Source of the DNA: an uncultured archaeon
GTDB taxonomy: Archaea > Nanobdellota > Nanobdellia > Pacearchaeales > GW2011-AR1
Length of the DNA: 64,000 bases
NCBI GenBank assembly: GCA_937143345.1
Contig: CAKZRD010000019.1
Location: forward strand, 9,116 to 73,115
Direction of reading: 5' to 3'
Under the pieces are notes generated by a model, which saw only the letters and a program-made list of their open reading frames with translations, was not told the origin of the DNA and did not search any database. The position numbers and the translations under genes are program-made. This document shows, piece by piece, positions 1 through 10,495 of the stretch (within the stretch, counting starts at the first letter, position 1; each line of letters opens with the position of its first letter).

Positions 1-78
1 GACCATAAAAACCTAGTTTTATTTCTTTTTTTATTTTAAAAAAATTGAAAAACTTTTCTTTTATTTTTGATATTAAAC

Positions 79-2706
79 TCATTTTTTATTTAAAATTTTT
101 TTAATTTTTTCTATCGAAATTAATTCGAATTGGCTGGTAACTCCTTCTCTTTCAGCTTTTTTTGCTGCATATTCTGCTTGCTCTCTTGACCAATAACCTT
201 GCTTAACTAGTTTATCCATCGCTTCTTCCCTACTTAAACCTTTCTCTTTGTATGACTTAAAAAAAGAGATAAGATTCAATAAATCTTTAGAGGATTTAAA
301 CAAAGATTTTTCATATCTTTCTTTTAGTTTAATATTAACTATTAAATAAGCAATTATAAAAAAAACAAAAATTATCAAAAGAATAATTATCACTAAAAGA
401 ACTGGTTTGCAATCTCTTCTACAGTTTTTATAGTTCTCACCTAAATTTTTTTCACATAGTTTATTAAAATTACAAACTCCTAATTCCTTAACAGATAAAT
501 GAACCTTTGAAAGATCTTTTGGAAAAACCAATATACTAGGATCTGTTGTTCCGTTTAAGATAAAAGAAAACCTAGATTCTGTGCCTTTATTTAATAAAAA
601 TTTTTTAAATCCTTGAATAGACTCTCCTTGTGAAGAGGAATATAAAATATTTTGAGAAGAGATTAATAAGAAAGAATCTTCTAAAGGTAAAATATTAGTG
701 TCTAAAATTAAAAAAGATGCAAGTGTTTTATTAAAGTTGTCTTTTATATTTACAACTTGAATTCTTTTTTTAGAGTTATTATCTAAGTTTTTCACGCTCC
801 AATAGGATATATACTTTTTGTAATCCTCTTCTGAAGAAGAAACGTTCTCGCTCAAAGAAACTCTAAGAATATCGGAAGAGATTTGTTCTGGTAAAAGAAA
901 AAAAGGTTCTTCTTTTTTTATTATGGAAAAATCTGTCGGAACGGCAATATTAAATATCTTTTCTGCAGTAAAAAGAATTTCTTCATCTAATGTTTTTGTT
1001 TCGAGGTCTCTTTCTAAACTAATTAGATCATTTTCAATTTTCTTTAAATTAAAAGAATCAATTATTTTATCAGAAATAGTTTTTGTAAGTTTTTCTTCTA
1101 ACTTATTATTAAAATTTGAATTAAACTCTTTCTTAAGAAGCAATAAATCTTTGCTTATATTCTTTGGCAAGAAGGTTTCTATTAGAAATTTCTTTCTAGT
1201 TAATTCTTTTTCTCTTTCTTTTATAGATACCTCTACCTCATATAAAGAAATATTTCTAAAAATGTAATTAACATTTGAGGTGTTTGTTGTTTTTATTATG
1301 CCATCATTAGAAAAATTCCAAACAAAAATAAAAGAACCATTTCTAAGAAAATACTCTAAATTTAAAGTCACATTTACTAAAGAAGGAACTTTTTTTGGGT
1401 ATAAATCTAATATTATTGGAACAGAAGAAACATTTATTCTTCTTGAAAAAAGAGGAATTTTTTCAGAATCTTTTACTAAGAAAAAAGTAATATTTCTTAT
1501 TCCACTCTCATTAACTATAAAATCAGCCAAGGATAAATTTACGTTTCCTCTAAAAGAAACTTTTGGATTTTGAATTGTGAGGTTCCTCACTTTTGTAGAA
1601 AAAGAATTTCCTTGAATAGAAGAATATCTTGTTTTTATTTCAGAAATTTCCAAAGTTTGGTTTATACCTGAAAAAATTATAGGGATAAAACACCCACTAG
1701 AACAGTTATTTCGATAAAATTTGTTTAAATAAGAATTAACTGCGTTTATTGACTCTGGTGTTATGTCTTTAGAAAATATGTTTATCTCACCTGAAACTGA
1801 AACATGCTTTGGTTTTATTAAAAAAATAGAATAATCACCTGACGATGAACTAAAAGAACGAAAATAACCACAAGAGTTTTGATTTTCTTGAAATCCTAAA
1901 TAAATATTTGTTGAAGAATTTGAGTTTATACAGACAAAATAATGGTCTTGGATAATCTTATTTTGAAAAGAAAGATCACAAAAATTTCTTTCAGAAGAAA
2001 TGAAGTTACAAGAACCCAACAAATTTCTTCTAGAATCTAAAAGAGACATTATCAAATGTTTATTCTCGTTATTATTTAAAAAATTTGCTCCTAAAAGAAC
2101 TTTAGAAGTTTCTGAGTTAATAAAAATTTTCTCACAATATTTATCCTCGCCAATTATCTTATTATAAGAAAAAGGTTTCGAAGTATTAAAACAACCATAG
2201 TTTGGTATATTCAAAAAATTATTTGTTTGATTTTTAAATTTCCAAGCTTCTTTGTTTATAAGATTTATTTGAAGTGGAGAATAGTCAGATTCTGGAAAAA
2301 AAGTTTTTAATTTTATATCTAAACCTTCAAATCTTAAAAAACTGCTATCTGTTATTTCTAATCCTATTAGATATTGGTTTTTTTCAACTATCCTAATCCT
2401 TGCAGAAGAAAAAAATTGTGAGGAAGATGGGGATAAAATTCTTTCACAACCAAAAGATTCGCAAGAAAGAGGGTTTCCGTTAATCCTTAAAAGATCTCTT
2501 AACAATATCTTATGACCTTCGCTTGATTCCAAATAATAATCAGGTGTTAAATCAGTAAAATTAAGATAAAAAGAAAAATTCAACTTTTCTCCGATAGAAT
2601 AATTTTCCTGCCACGAAATCAAAGAAGTATTTACATTAGAAGAGCTCGAAAAAGCAGGACTAAAAAAAATAAATAAGAATAAGACATAAAATATTCCATT
2701 CTTCAT
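79..2706 (-). CDS. Large secreted/surface-anchored protein (S-layer or adhesin-like): N-terminal signal peptide, C-terminal TM helix and short charged cytoplasmic tail
   Basis: 875 aa ORF. N-terminal hydrophobic signal (MKNGIFYVLFLFIFFSPAFSSSS). Dozens of N-x-S/T sequons. C-terminal hydrophobic stretch PVLLVIIILLIIFVFFIIAYLIV followed by a K/E-rich tail. No recognisable catalytic motif. Confidence 0.5.
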   Translation of the reverse strand: MKNGIFYVLFLFIFFSPAFSSSSNVNTSLISWQENYSIGEKLNFSFYLNFTDLTPDYYLESSEGHKILLRDLLRINGNPLSCESFGCERILSPSSSQFFSSARIRIVEKNQYLIGLEITDSSFLRFEGLDIKLKTFFPESDYSPLQINLINKEAWKFKNQTNNFLNIPNYGCFNTSKPFSYNKIIGEDKYCEKIFINSETSKVLLGANFLNNNENKHLIMSLLDSRRNLLGSCNFISSERNFCDLSFQNKIIQDHYFVCINSNSSTNIYLGFQENQNSCGYFRSFSSSSGDYSIFLIKPKHVSVSGEINIFSKDITPESINAVNSYLNKFYRNNCSSGCFIPIIFSGINQTLEISEIKTRYSSIQGNSFSTKVRNLTIQNPKVSFRGNVNLSLADFIVNESGIRNITFFLVKDSEKIPLFSRRINVSSVPIILDLYPKKVPSLVNVTLNLEYFLRNGSFIFVWNFSNDGIIKTTNTSNVNYIFRNISLYEVEVSIKEREKELTRKKFLIETFLPKNISKDLLLLKKEFNSNFNNKLEEKLTKTISDKIIDSFNLKKIENDLISLERDLETKTLDEEILFTAEKIFNIAVPTDFSIIKKEEPFFLLPEQISSDILRVSLSENVSSSEEDYKKYISYWSVKNLDNNSKKRIQVVNIKDNFNKTLASFLILDTNILPLEDSFLLISSQNILYSSSQGESIQGFKKFLLNKGTESRFSFILNGTTDPSILVFPKDLSKVHLSVKELGVCNFNKLCEKNLGENYKNCRRDCKPVLLVIIILLIIFVFFIIAYLIVNIKLKERYEKSLFKSSKDLLNLISFFKSYKEKGLSREEAMDKLVKQGYWSREQAEYAAKKAEREGVTSQFELISIEKIKKILNKK

Positions 2707-2741
2707 AAAAAATTAAGAAAAAATAAGTTTATAAATATTTT

Positions 2742-2927
2742 CTAATTTTTTTGTAGTTTTTTTTCTAAACTGGAAATCTTTTCTAAAAGAGAAGCGTGGT
2801 TAAAAGAAAGGTGCTGGATTTTTTTATTTAAATCCTGAATAGAATCATTTAAACGAAGAATATCTTTTTTGACATAATGAAAACTTAATGAAATTTTTCT
2901 ATCGAGTTCTTTTAAATTCTTAACCAT
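2742..2927 (-). CDS. Small coiled-coil hypothetical protein
   Basis: 61 aa ORF with heptad-like K/L/E-rich sequence. Clean intergenic placement, but no recognisable motif. Confidence 0.2.
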   Translation of the reverse strand: MVKNLKELDRKISLSFHYVKKDILRLNDSIQDLNKKIQHLSFNHASLLEKISSLEKKLQKN

Positions 2928-3030
2928 AAAGAAAAGAAGATAAAAGTGTTTATAACTTTCTATTTGTTATAACTTTAAAATTACTACAAATAAACAAAAA
3001 GAATAAAAGGAAAACTAAAATATAATAATT

Positions 3031-4224
3031 ATGAGAAAATATGAACTTATTTCTCCTTCAGGTGATTTTGCAAGCTTAAGAGCTGCTATTGATGCTGGGG
3101 CAGATGCTATTTATTTTGGATTAAAAGAGTTTTCTATGAGGGCTTTTGCAAAAAATTTTTCTTTAAAAGATATTGAAAAAATAAATAAAATTTGCAAAGA
3201 GAAAAATATTAAAAAATATATAACCTTAAATACAATTATTTATGAAGATGAAATAAAAAAAATAGAAAAAATATTAAAAAAAATCAAAAATTTTATAGAT
3301 GCTGTTATCTGTTGGGATTTCGCTGTTATAGAGTTATGTAAAAAATTAAAAATCCCTTTTCATATATCAACACAGGCTTCTATTTCAAATTCGTTTTCGG
3401 CGAATTTTTACAAAAAGTTAGGTGCCGAAAGAATAGTCGTTGCAAGAGAATTAAGTTTAGAAAAAATAAAGAAAATATCAAAAAATATTGATGTAGAGGC
3501 CTTTTGTCATGGTGCTATGTGTGTTTCTATTTCTGGAAGATGTTTTACAAGCCAATTTCTTTTTAATAAAAGCGCTAATAGAGGAGAGTGTTTGCAACCG
3601 TGTAGAAGAAAATATCGAATTATCGACGAAGAAAATAATGAATTAGTCTTAGAGAATAATAGAGTTATGTCAGCAAAAGATTTATGTACTCTGCCTTTTA
3701 TTGAAAAAATGAAGAAATCAGGAATAAAAGCTTTTAAAATTGAAGGAAGAAATCGTTCTCCAGAGTATGTTTATGTTACAACAAAAATTTATAGAAAAGC
3801 ATTAGATAAAAAATTAACAGAAAAAGAAATTGAAAGTGGTTTAAAAGAATTGAAAAAAGTTTATAATAGAGGTTTTTCTTCTGGTTTTTATTTAGGATTA
3901 CCAAGTGTTAATGATTTTTCTTCTTCTGATTCTGGGGAACAAAAAGAAATGAAAGAATATGTTGGGAGAATTGAAAAATATTGGTCAAAAATAGAAGTCG
4001 CTGGTGTAAAAATCCATAAAACAGGTTTGAAAAAGAATGATAAAATTTATGTAATTGGAAAAAAAACAGGTGTTAAAAAACTAAAAATTGAAAAAATTGA
4101 AAAAGATAAAAAAGAAGTTTTAAAAGCGGAAAAAGGAGATTTTATTTGGATAAAAATACCTAATGCAAAAAAAGGTGACGAAGTTTATGTTATAAAAAAG
4201 AAAATTTTTAACAGAAATTTATAA
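3031..4224 (+). CDS. Peptidase U32 family protein (collagenase-like, RlhA/YegQ type)
   Basis: U32 signature E-x-F-x-H-G-A-x-C-x4-G-x-C seen as EAFCHGAMCVSISGRCFTS. 397 aa fits the family. Confidence 0.8.
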   Translation: MRKYELISPSGDFASLRAAIDAGADAIYFGLKEFSMRAFAKNFSLKDIEKINKICKEKNIKKYITLNTIIYEDEIKKIEKILKKIKNFIDAVICWDFAVIELCKKLKIPFHISTQASISNSFSANFYKKLGAERIVVARELSLEKIKKISKNIDVEAFCHGAMCVSISGRCFTSQFLFNKSANRGECLQPCRRKYRIIDEENNELVLENNRVMSAKDLCTLPFIEKMKKSGIKAFKIEGRNRSPEYVYVTTKIYRKALDKKLTEKEIESGLKELKKVYNRGFSSGFYLGLPSVNDFSSSDSGEQKEMKEYVGRIEKYWSKIEVAGVKIHKTGLKKNDKIYVIGKKTGVKKLKIEKIEKDKKEVLKAEKGDFIWIKIPNAKKGDEVYVIKKKIFNRNL

Positions 4225-4440
4225 GATTAATCTTTCTTATTATGTTTTGATAATCTTTAGAAAAAATGATTTGGCGTTTTTAGTTTGGATAAAATTAAAA
4301 CATAGGAACTTTAATAGTTTACTAAAATATTAAATACAAATATAATATTTAACAAAAACTTAGAAATTTTTGTTTTTTAGTTCATCTTTGTCGCAAAATA
4401 AATATGTAAAAGTAATTAAAATAGCGTTTATTTATAAAAT

Positions 4441-5244
4441 TCAAACTTTCTTAAAGTTATTCCAAGCTAATTCAAACAAATCTTCCAATGATTTTGCAAA
4501 AAATTCTGTATTTAACCAAATACCAACATCATAAGAAGGATGAACTTTTTCATCGTCCAAAACCATAAACATAACTTCTTTTGAATCTATTATCATAAAT
4601 CTTGCTCTAAAATTACCACAATCCCTAACTTCTACTACTGATTGTAAATCCTTTGCTATTTTTTTATTGTGTTCTGTTATTGGAGCTGCGACTCTTATTT
4701 TTACTCCTCTTTTTTTAGCTTTTTCTAAAGAAGGAATTAATACTTCTACTTTTTTTACGAGTCCTTCGGCAGTTGTTACGAAAGTTATTGTTTCTTCAGC
4801 ACTTCGAATCATCATATCTAAATGGTTGTAAAGATTCTGACTCCCTTTTATAGAACCTGAAAGATCTGTAGGTTCAACATATTTAACTCCTTCTTCAAAA
4901 AGAGAGTTAAGTTCATCCAAAATATCTTCTTTTTTAAGCGATTCTAATCTCTTGGATTTTTCTTTTGCCTCTAAAACAAGATTTTTCTTTACTCTTTCAA
5001 TAACTTCTTCGGGTTTTAAAGCAACAAACTTTATAGGCTTCCCTACCTTCATAATAACAAAGCCTTTCTTCTCTAAACTTTCTAGAATATCATAAGTTCT
5101 TGAACGAGGAACATCGCTAATTGAAGATAACTCGCCAGCAGTAGATTGTCTTCGAGAAAGCAAAGAAACCCAAACTTTTGTCTCATATAAATTTAAATCA
5201 AAAATTTTTCTTAGACGATTTAAAAATTCTTCTTTAACTATCAT
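4441..5244 (-). CDS. TrmB-family archaeal transcriptional regulator
   Basis: N-terminal winged-HTH of TrmB type (LYETKVWVSLLSRRQSTAGELSSISDVPRSRTYDILESLEKKGFV). About 267 aa with a C-terminal sensor-like part. Confidence 0.7.
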   Translation of the reverse strand: MIVKEEFLNRLRKIFDLNLYETKVWVSLLSRRQSTAGELSSISDVPRSRTYDILESLEKKGFVIMKVGKPIKFVALKPEEVIERVKKNLVLEAKEKSKRLESLKKEDILDELNSLFEEGVKYVEPTDLSGSIKGSQNLYNHLDMMIRSAEETITFVTTAEGLVKKVEVLIPSLEKAKKRGVKIRVAAPITEHNKKIAKDLQSVVEVRDCGNFRARFMIIDSKEVMFMVLDDEKVHPSYDVGIWLNTEFFAKSLEDLFELAWNNFKKV

Positions 5245-5304
5245 AAATTTTTTAGTATAGGAAAGTATTTAAATCTTTCTTTTATTTTTCTCGGATAAGA
5301 GTAA

Positions 5305-8133
5305 TTAATTTTTTAAAGAAAAACCTACCTTGAAAGAACCTTCTTCGAATTTTCCTTCGAATAAAAATGGAATATCTTTTCTTTCATTAAAATAGATATT
5401 TTTTGCACCTATTCTCTGCTTTTCTTTTAAAAAAAAATCTTCGACAATTTTCTTGTTTTTTCCTTCTATAAATAACGAAACGTCTATCCTATCTTTTCTG
5501 ACTAGGCCTTTTTCTTTTCTTAAGGATTGAATTATTCTTGCGATCTCGTTTGAAAAACCTTCTGCTTTTAATTCTTCTGTTATATTTGTATCTAAAAGAA
5601 TTTTTTTATCTTTTGATTTTTTAAAATGCACTTTTTTAACATTGACCTCTCTTCTTAAAACCTCTAAAAGTTCCTCCGAGAAATCGAAACCTTCTAAACT
5701 TAAAGAAGAAAGAACTTGTTTTAATGGAATTTTTGATTTATCTCTTTCTCTTAAAACTTGAGAAGAAATTTCCCTTAATTGGGACATTTTTTCTTCTAAT
5801 TCTTTATCTATTTTTTCTTCTTCGTAAGAAGGCCAATCTTCTAAATGCACGGATTTTCCTTTCTCAATTTCTTTAAATATAATTTCAGCAGAAAAAGGCA
5901 TAATTGGTGCTATAAACTTAGCAAAATTTTCTAGAACAAAGAAAAGAGTTGTCTTCGCATCTTCATCTCCCTCGTTAAATCTTTCTCTACTCCTCCTTAT
6001 ATACCAATTAGATAAATTCTCAATAAAATCAAAAATTTTTTTACAAAGGCTTATGCTATCATAATTTTCATAATCTTTAGTTCCCTCTTTAATCAAATTA
6101 TTAAGCTTTGAAATAATCCACCTATCTAAAACTTTTTTTGAGTTTAATTTTTTTAATTTAATCTCTTTATAAAGAGAATAGAAATTTAATGAATTCATTA
6201 AAGGAAGAATAATTTTTTTATATGTTTCTTCTAATTCTTTATCTGAAAAATTAAAATCCTCTGCATTCATTAGTTTGCTTCCAAGTAAATAAAATCTAAA
6301 ACTATCAGCACCATATTTCTCTATGAGAATATTTGGATCTGTAAAATTTTCTTTTGATTTCGACATTTTTTCACCGTCTTCTGCTAGAATAGTTCCTGTA
6401 GTTACTACATTTTCAAAAGGAATATCATCGAAAAGAATTGCTGAAAGAACAAGCATATAATAAAACCACGCTCTAACTTGCCCAATATATTCTGCTACAA
6501 ATTGGGCTGGAAAATTTTTTTCAAAAAACTCTTTGTTCTCAAAAGGATAATGAAACTGCGCGAAAGTCATACTACCGCTTTCGAACCAGCAATCTAAAAC
6601 TTCTGGAATTCTCTTATATTCTTTTCCATCTTTAACCAAAATTATTTCGTCTAAAAAATCCTTATGCAAATCTATTTTTTCCGGAAGATTTTTTGCGTAT
6701 TTTTTTAATTCTTTAATTGAACCTATAACCAAAATATCGTCTTCTTTTGATTTCCAAACAGGAATTGCTGTTGCCCAATATCTGTTCCTTGAAATATTCC
6801 AATCTGGTGCATTTTCTATAGAATAACGAGCCCTACCTTCTCTTAAAAAAGAAGGGTGATAATTTAGTTTTGAATTTAGTTCTAATAATCTTTTTTTAAT
6901 TTTTTGAATGTCTACAAAAAATGAAGGCACCTCCTTATAAATAAGCTTTGTTTCGCAACGATAACAAAAAGGATAATCGTGTGAAATTTTTTTGATCGAA
7001 ACGATTTTGTTTTGCTGCTTTAAAAAATCTATTATTTCTTTATTAGAATTATGAACAAACATTCCTGCAAAGTCAATAACTTCTTTTTTAAAATTACCTT
7101 TTTCATCTACCGGATCAACAATAGGAATTTTGTATTTTTTACAAACTTCGTAGTCTTCTTCTCCGTATGCTGGAGCTATGTGAACTATACCTGTACCTTC
7201 CTCAGAACTAACAAAATCTCCTAATAAAACCTTAAAAGAATTTTGATTTTCCCTGAAGTAAGGAAAGAGAGGGTCATATTCTTCTCCTTCTAATTCCTTT
7301 CCCAAAAATTCTTTTTTTATTTTGTATTCTTCTTCATCTTTATAATATCTATTTAACAAATCTTTTAATAAAACATAATTTTCATTTTCTTTTTTGTCAT
7401 AAATAAGAACGTATTTCAAATCCCTATGAACTGCTAAAGCTAAATTTGATGGCAATGTCCAAGGCGTTGTTGTCCAAGCCAAAAAATAGAAATCTTTATT
7501 TTTCGATTTAAATTTTAATACTACGCTATCATCCGTTATTTTTTTATAAGTATTATCCATTGCAATTTCTGCTTTCGCTAGAGGGGTTGAACAACGTGGG
7601 CAATATAACAAAATCCTTTCTCCTTCGTAAATAAAACCTTTTTCCCAAAGTTGCTTGAAAGCCCACCAAACACTCTCTATATATTCATTATCCATTGTCT
7701 TATAACAATTTTTCATATCTACCCATCTCCCTACCCTCCTAATAGTTTTTTCCCATTCTTTCATATACTCTAAAACCTTGCTTCTACAAAAATTATTGAA
7801 TTTTTTTATTCCTATTTTTTTTTCAATTTCGTCTTTTGAATTTATTTCAAGATATTTTTCAACGATATTTTCTATTGGAAGGCCATGACAATCCCACCCC
7901 CAAACTCTCCGAACAAAACGACCTTTCATTGTCCAAAACCTTCCATAAAAATCTTTTGTTATACTGCCTAAAAGATGGCCGTGGTGTGGAAGACCTGTAG
8001 CGAAAGGTGGTCCGTCATAAAAGATGTAAGGTTTAAAATTCCTCGTTTTTTCTAAAGATTTTTCAAAAGTTTTGTCTTTATCCCAAAATTCCAAGATCTC
8101 TAATTCTTTTTCGTTTATCGTTTTTTTACTCAT
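5305..8133 (-). CDS. ileS: Isoleucyl-tRNA synthetase
   Basis: Class I HIGH region PPFATGLPHHGHLL, KMSKS motif (GEKMSKSKEN) and W-x-ISR-x-RYWG-like WNISRNRYWA. 942 aa. Confidence 0.92.
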   Translation of the reverse strand: MSKKTINEKELEILEFWDKDKTFEKSLEKTRNFKPYIFYDGPPFATGLPHHGHLLGSITKDFYGRFWTMKGRFVRRVWGWDCHGLPIENIVEKYLEINSKDEIEKKIGIKKFNNFCRSKVLEYMKEWEKTIRRVGRWVDMKNCYKTMDNEYIESVWWAFKQLWEKGFIYEGERILLYCPRCSTPLAKAEIAMDNTYKKITDDSVVLKFKSKNKDFYFLAWTTTPWTLPSNLALAVHRDLKYVLIYDKKENENYVLLKDLLNRYYKDEEEYKIKKEFLGKELEGEEYDPLFPYFRENQNSFKVLLGDFVSSEEGTGIVHIAPAYGEEDYEVCKKYKIPIVDPVDEKGNFKKEVIDFAGMFVHNSNKEIIDFLKQQNKIVSIKKISHDYPFCYRCETKLIYKEVPSFFVDIQKIKKRLLELNSKLNYHPSFLREGRARYSIENAPDWNISRNRYWATAIPVWKSKEDDILVIGSIKELKKYAKNLPEKIDLHKDFLDEIILVKDGKEYKRIPEVLDCWFESGSMTFAQFHYPFENKEFFEKNFPAQFVAEYIGQVRAWFYYMLVLSAILFDDIPFENVVTTGTILAEDGEKMSKSKENFTDPNILIEKYGADSFRFYLLGSKLMNAEDFNFSDKELEETYKKIILPLMNSLNFYSLYKEIKLKKLNSKKVLDRWIISKLNNLIKEGTKDYENYDSISLCKKIFDFIENLSNWYIRRSRERFNEGDEDAKTTLFFVLENFAKFIAPIMPFSAEIIFKEIEKGKSVHLEDWPSYEEEKIDKELEEKMSQLREISSQVLRERDKSKIPLKQVLSSLSLEGFDFSEELLEVLRREVNVKKVHFKKSKDKKILLDTNITEELKAEGFSNEIARIIQSLRKEKGLVRKDRIDVSLFIEGKNKKIVEDFFLKEKQRIGAKNIYFNERKDIPFLFEGKFEEGSFKVGFSLKN

Positions 8134-8209
8134 GGAAATAAGTAAGAAAAATGTTTTTTAACTTTTTCTATAAGAAACATTAATAAATACTAAAAACTAT
8201 ATAGATAAA

Positions 8210-9055
8210 ATGGGTGATAAAATTTCTTTTAGTGAAAGAATCTTTTTTAATTTTGCCGATAAGCATGAAGAAACTTTTCGTTCTTTAAAAGAAGATCTCG
8301 CAAAAGCAAATATGCAAATTCTTTATCAGAACTATGTTTCTATGGCTATTTTTTATACTTTTGTCTCTTTTTTTATTTCTTTGGCTCTTTCGATATTTTT
8401 TTATTTTTTTAGCAAAAATCTTTTATCCTTTCTTATTCTCTTTTTTCCTTTTATTGTAAGTGTTCTCTTTTTTGTTGGACCTTCCAGTAAAGCAAAATCA
8501 AACTCCGAAAAAATAAACGAAGAGTTACCCTTTGCAGTTATTTATATGGCTGCAATATCTCAGTCCAATATTGAACCTATAAGAATGTTTAGACTAATAG
8601 CAAACTCTAAAGAGTATCCAATATTATCTTTTGAAATAAAAAAAATTTTAAACCAAATAGACTTTTTCGGTTACACTCTTGTAAACTCGTTGAGAGACGC
8701 GGCATTAAAAACAAACAACGAAAAACTTCGTGAATTATTTTCTGGAATAGCCATAAACATAGTTGGAGGTGGTTCTCTTAAAAACTTTCTTGAAAAAAAA
8801 GCGGAAAATTTACTTATAGAATATAGATTAGAAAGACAAAAATATAATAATTTAGCAGCAACCTTTTTAGATGTTTATATAAGTGTTTTGATAGTTGCTC
8901 CGTTAATATTAATAACTGTTTTAGTAATAATGAGTATAAGCGGATTTAAAATAAATGTTTCACTAAACACTCTTATTTTTATATTTGTGGCTGTATTATT
9001 TATTTTAAATTTGTTATTCTTGTTGTTATTAGAAATAAAACAACCAAAAACATAA
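8210..9055 (+). CDS. TadB/TadC (FlaJ/PilC)-like polytopic membrane protein, single T2SSF domain, first of a pair
   Basis: T2SSF-like core (EELPFAVIYMAAISQS...GYTLVNSLRDAAL...GGSL) flanked by TM helices. Confidence 0.65.
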   Translation: MGDKISFSERIFFNFADKHEETFRSLKEDLAKANMQILYQNYVSMAIFYTFVSFFISLALSIFFYFFSKNLLSFLILFFPFIVSVLFFVGPSSKAKSNSEKINEELPFAVIYMAAISQSNIEPIRMFRLIANSKEYPILSFEIKKILNQIDFFGYTLVNSLRDAALKTNNEKLRELFSGIAINIVGGGSLKNFLEKKAENLLIEYRLERQKYNNLAATFLDVYISVLIVAPLILITVLVIMSISGFKINVSLNTLIFIFVAVLFILNLLFLLLLEIKQPKT

Positions 9056-9056
9056 A

Positions 9057-9866
9057 ATGAAAAAAAGTTTAATTTTTTTATTTATTGGATTTATTGGAAT
9101 AATAATTTCTTTTTTAAGATTGGAAGGAGATATAAAAAATTTTGTGATTGTTATTTGTATTTTTTTTAGTTTTTTTCCATATATAATTGAAAATAATTTA
9201 ATACAAAAAAGAGAAAGAGAAAAAGAAGAAAAATTTCTTGAATTTATTCGCGATATATTAGAGAATGTTAAAACTGGCACTCCTATAAATAAAGCAATAT
9301 TAAATGTCCAAAACAGAGATTATGGTGCTTTAAGTTCCCATATAAAAAAATTAGCCAACCAAATATCTTTGGGTTTTCCTCTTAGTAACGCCTTAGAAAA
9401 TTTTGCAAATGAAGTAAAAAATGATCTTGTTTTTAAAACAATAGATCTTATATCTGAATCTAATAGGTCTGGTGGGGAGATTTCAAGCATTCTCTCTACT
9501 GTAGCAGATTCAATAAATCAAACGCAAATAATAAAAAAAGAAAGAAAAAGTTCTGTAGTAAATTTGCAAGTTCAAGGCTATATAATTTTTATAATTTTTA
9601 TTGTAATAGTGATCATTCTCCAGTTTTTTTTAATACCTAAATTAATATCAATAGGTAAAGAAGATGGTAATTATTTAGGTATTAGTCCTGAAAACAAAAT
9701 AGACTTTTCAAGAATAATGACAATAATTCTCGTTATAGAATCCTTTTTTTCTGGATTAGTAATAGGAAAAATTGCTGAAGGAAAAATTTCTTATGGCATA
9801 AAACACTCTTTTATCTTAGTCTCTATCTCACTAATATCTTTTTTTGCAGCAAAAATAATATTTTAA
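9057..9866 (+). CDS. TadB/TadC (FlaJ/PilC)-like membrane protein, second T2SSF domain
   Basis: Second T2SSF-like core (GTPINKAILNV...GFPLSNALENFANEV...ESNRSGGEISSIL) plus TM helices. Starts 1 nt after the previous stop. Confidence 0.65.
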   Translation: MKKSLIFLFIGFIGIIISFLRLEGDIKNFVIVICIFFSFFPYIIENNLIQKREREKEEKFLEFIRDILENVKTGTPINKAILNVQNRDYGALSSHIKKLANQISLGFPLSNALENFANEVKNDLVFKTIDLISESNRSGGEISSILSTVADSINQTQIIKKERKSSVVNLQVQGYIIFIIFIVIVIILQFFLIPKLISIGKEDGNYLGISPENKIDFSRIMTIILVIESFFSGLVIGKIAEGKISYGIKHSFILVSISLISFFAAKIIF

Positions 9867-9904
9867 AACAAAAGATATAAAAAAAGAAAAATTTTAATAA
9901 TATT

Positions 9905-10495
9905 ATGAAAAGAGGATTTTCTCATATAGAAATTGTTTTTGCCTTTGGAATATTTATTGGAGTAGTCGTTTTTGTTTTTTATTTTTTGAATCCTATCACA
10001 AAATCTAAGAAAGAGATATCCGAGAGTCATCTTGTTTATTTAAAAAATAATTTTTTTCAAATGGCAAGCACAAATGTTACGATTATTTTCTTGAATTCTT
10101 CCCAACCATGCTCCCCTATCATCTTAACAAACGGTACTTATGAAGATTTAGGACAAAATAAATATTATATTTTTCTTTCTGATGAGATAATTTCTAATTT
10201 GAACTCTTGTGAATCTCTTGGAATAAATTTTAATGTGGGGAGTATAAGAAAGAAGAAAATCTTGTCTAATGCTTCTTTAGAAAGAATAAAAGAAACCTAT
10301 TATAACAATTATAAAGAACTTCTAAAGAATTTGTCTATGGATAGTTCTTTTAATTTTGAAGTTTTGTCTGAAGGATATGAATTAAAAAAGAACTTTTCTA
10401 GTGAAAAAACTATTATCTCTATGGTTTTCAGAAGTGATGTCATTTATTCCAACGGAACAATAGAAAAAAAAGATTTTACATTTAAAATATGGTAA
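9905..10495 (+). CDS. Type IV pilin-like protein with class III signal peptide
   Basis: N-terminus MKRG-FSHIEIVFAFGIFIGVVVFVF: K/R-G followed by a hydrophobic helix with Glu at +5, as in prepilins. Sits in a Tad-like locus. Confidence 0.55.
   Translation: MKRGFSHIEIVFAFGIFIGVVVFVFYFLNPITKSKKEISESHLVYLKNNFFQMASTNVTIIFLNSSQPCSPIILTNGTYEDLGQNKYYIFLSDEIISNLNSCESLGINFNVGSIRKKKILSNASLERIKETYYNNYKELLKNLSMDSSFNFEVLSEGYELKKNFSSEKTIISMVFRSDVIYSNGTIEKKDFTFKIW

Noticed and set aside
923-1573. Plus-strand ORFs 923..1267 and 1280..1573
   Set aside because: They lie antisense and fully inside the 875 aa surface-protein gene. They have low-complexity K/F/S-rich translations, typical of shadow ORFs in AT-rich DNA.
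9029-9280. Minus-strand 83 aa ORF
   Set aside because: It is antisense across the junction of the two T2SSF-domain genes.
8210-9866. Possibility that the two T2SSF-domain ORFs are a single frameshifted FlaJ/TadC pseudogene
   Set aside because: The first ORF ends with a clean stop. The second begins with its own ATG 1 nt later and a K-rich N-terminus. The two single-domain genes mirror the authentic bacterial TadB/TadC arrangement. This is retained as a finding, not called a pseudogene.
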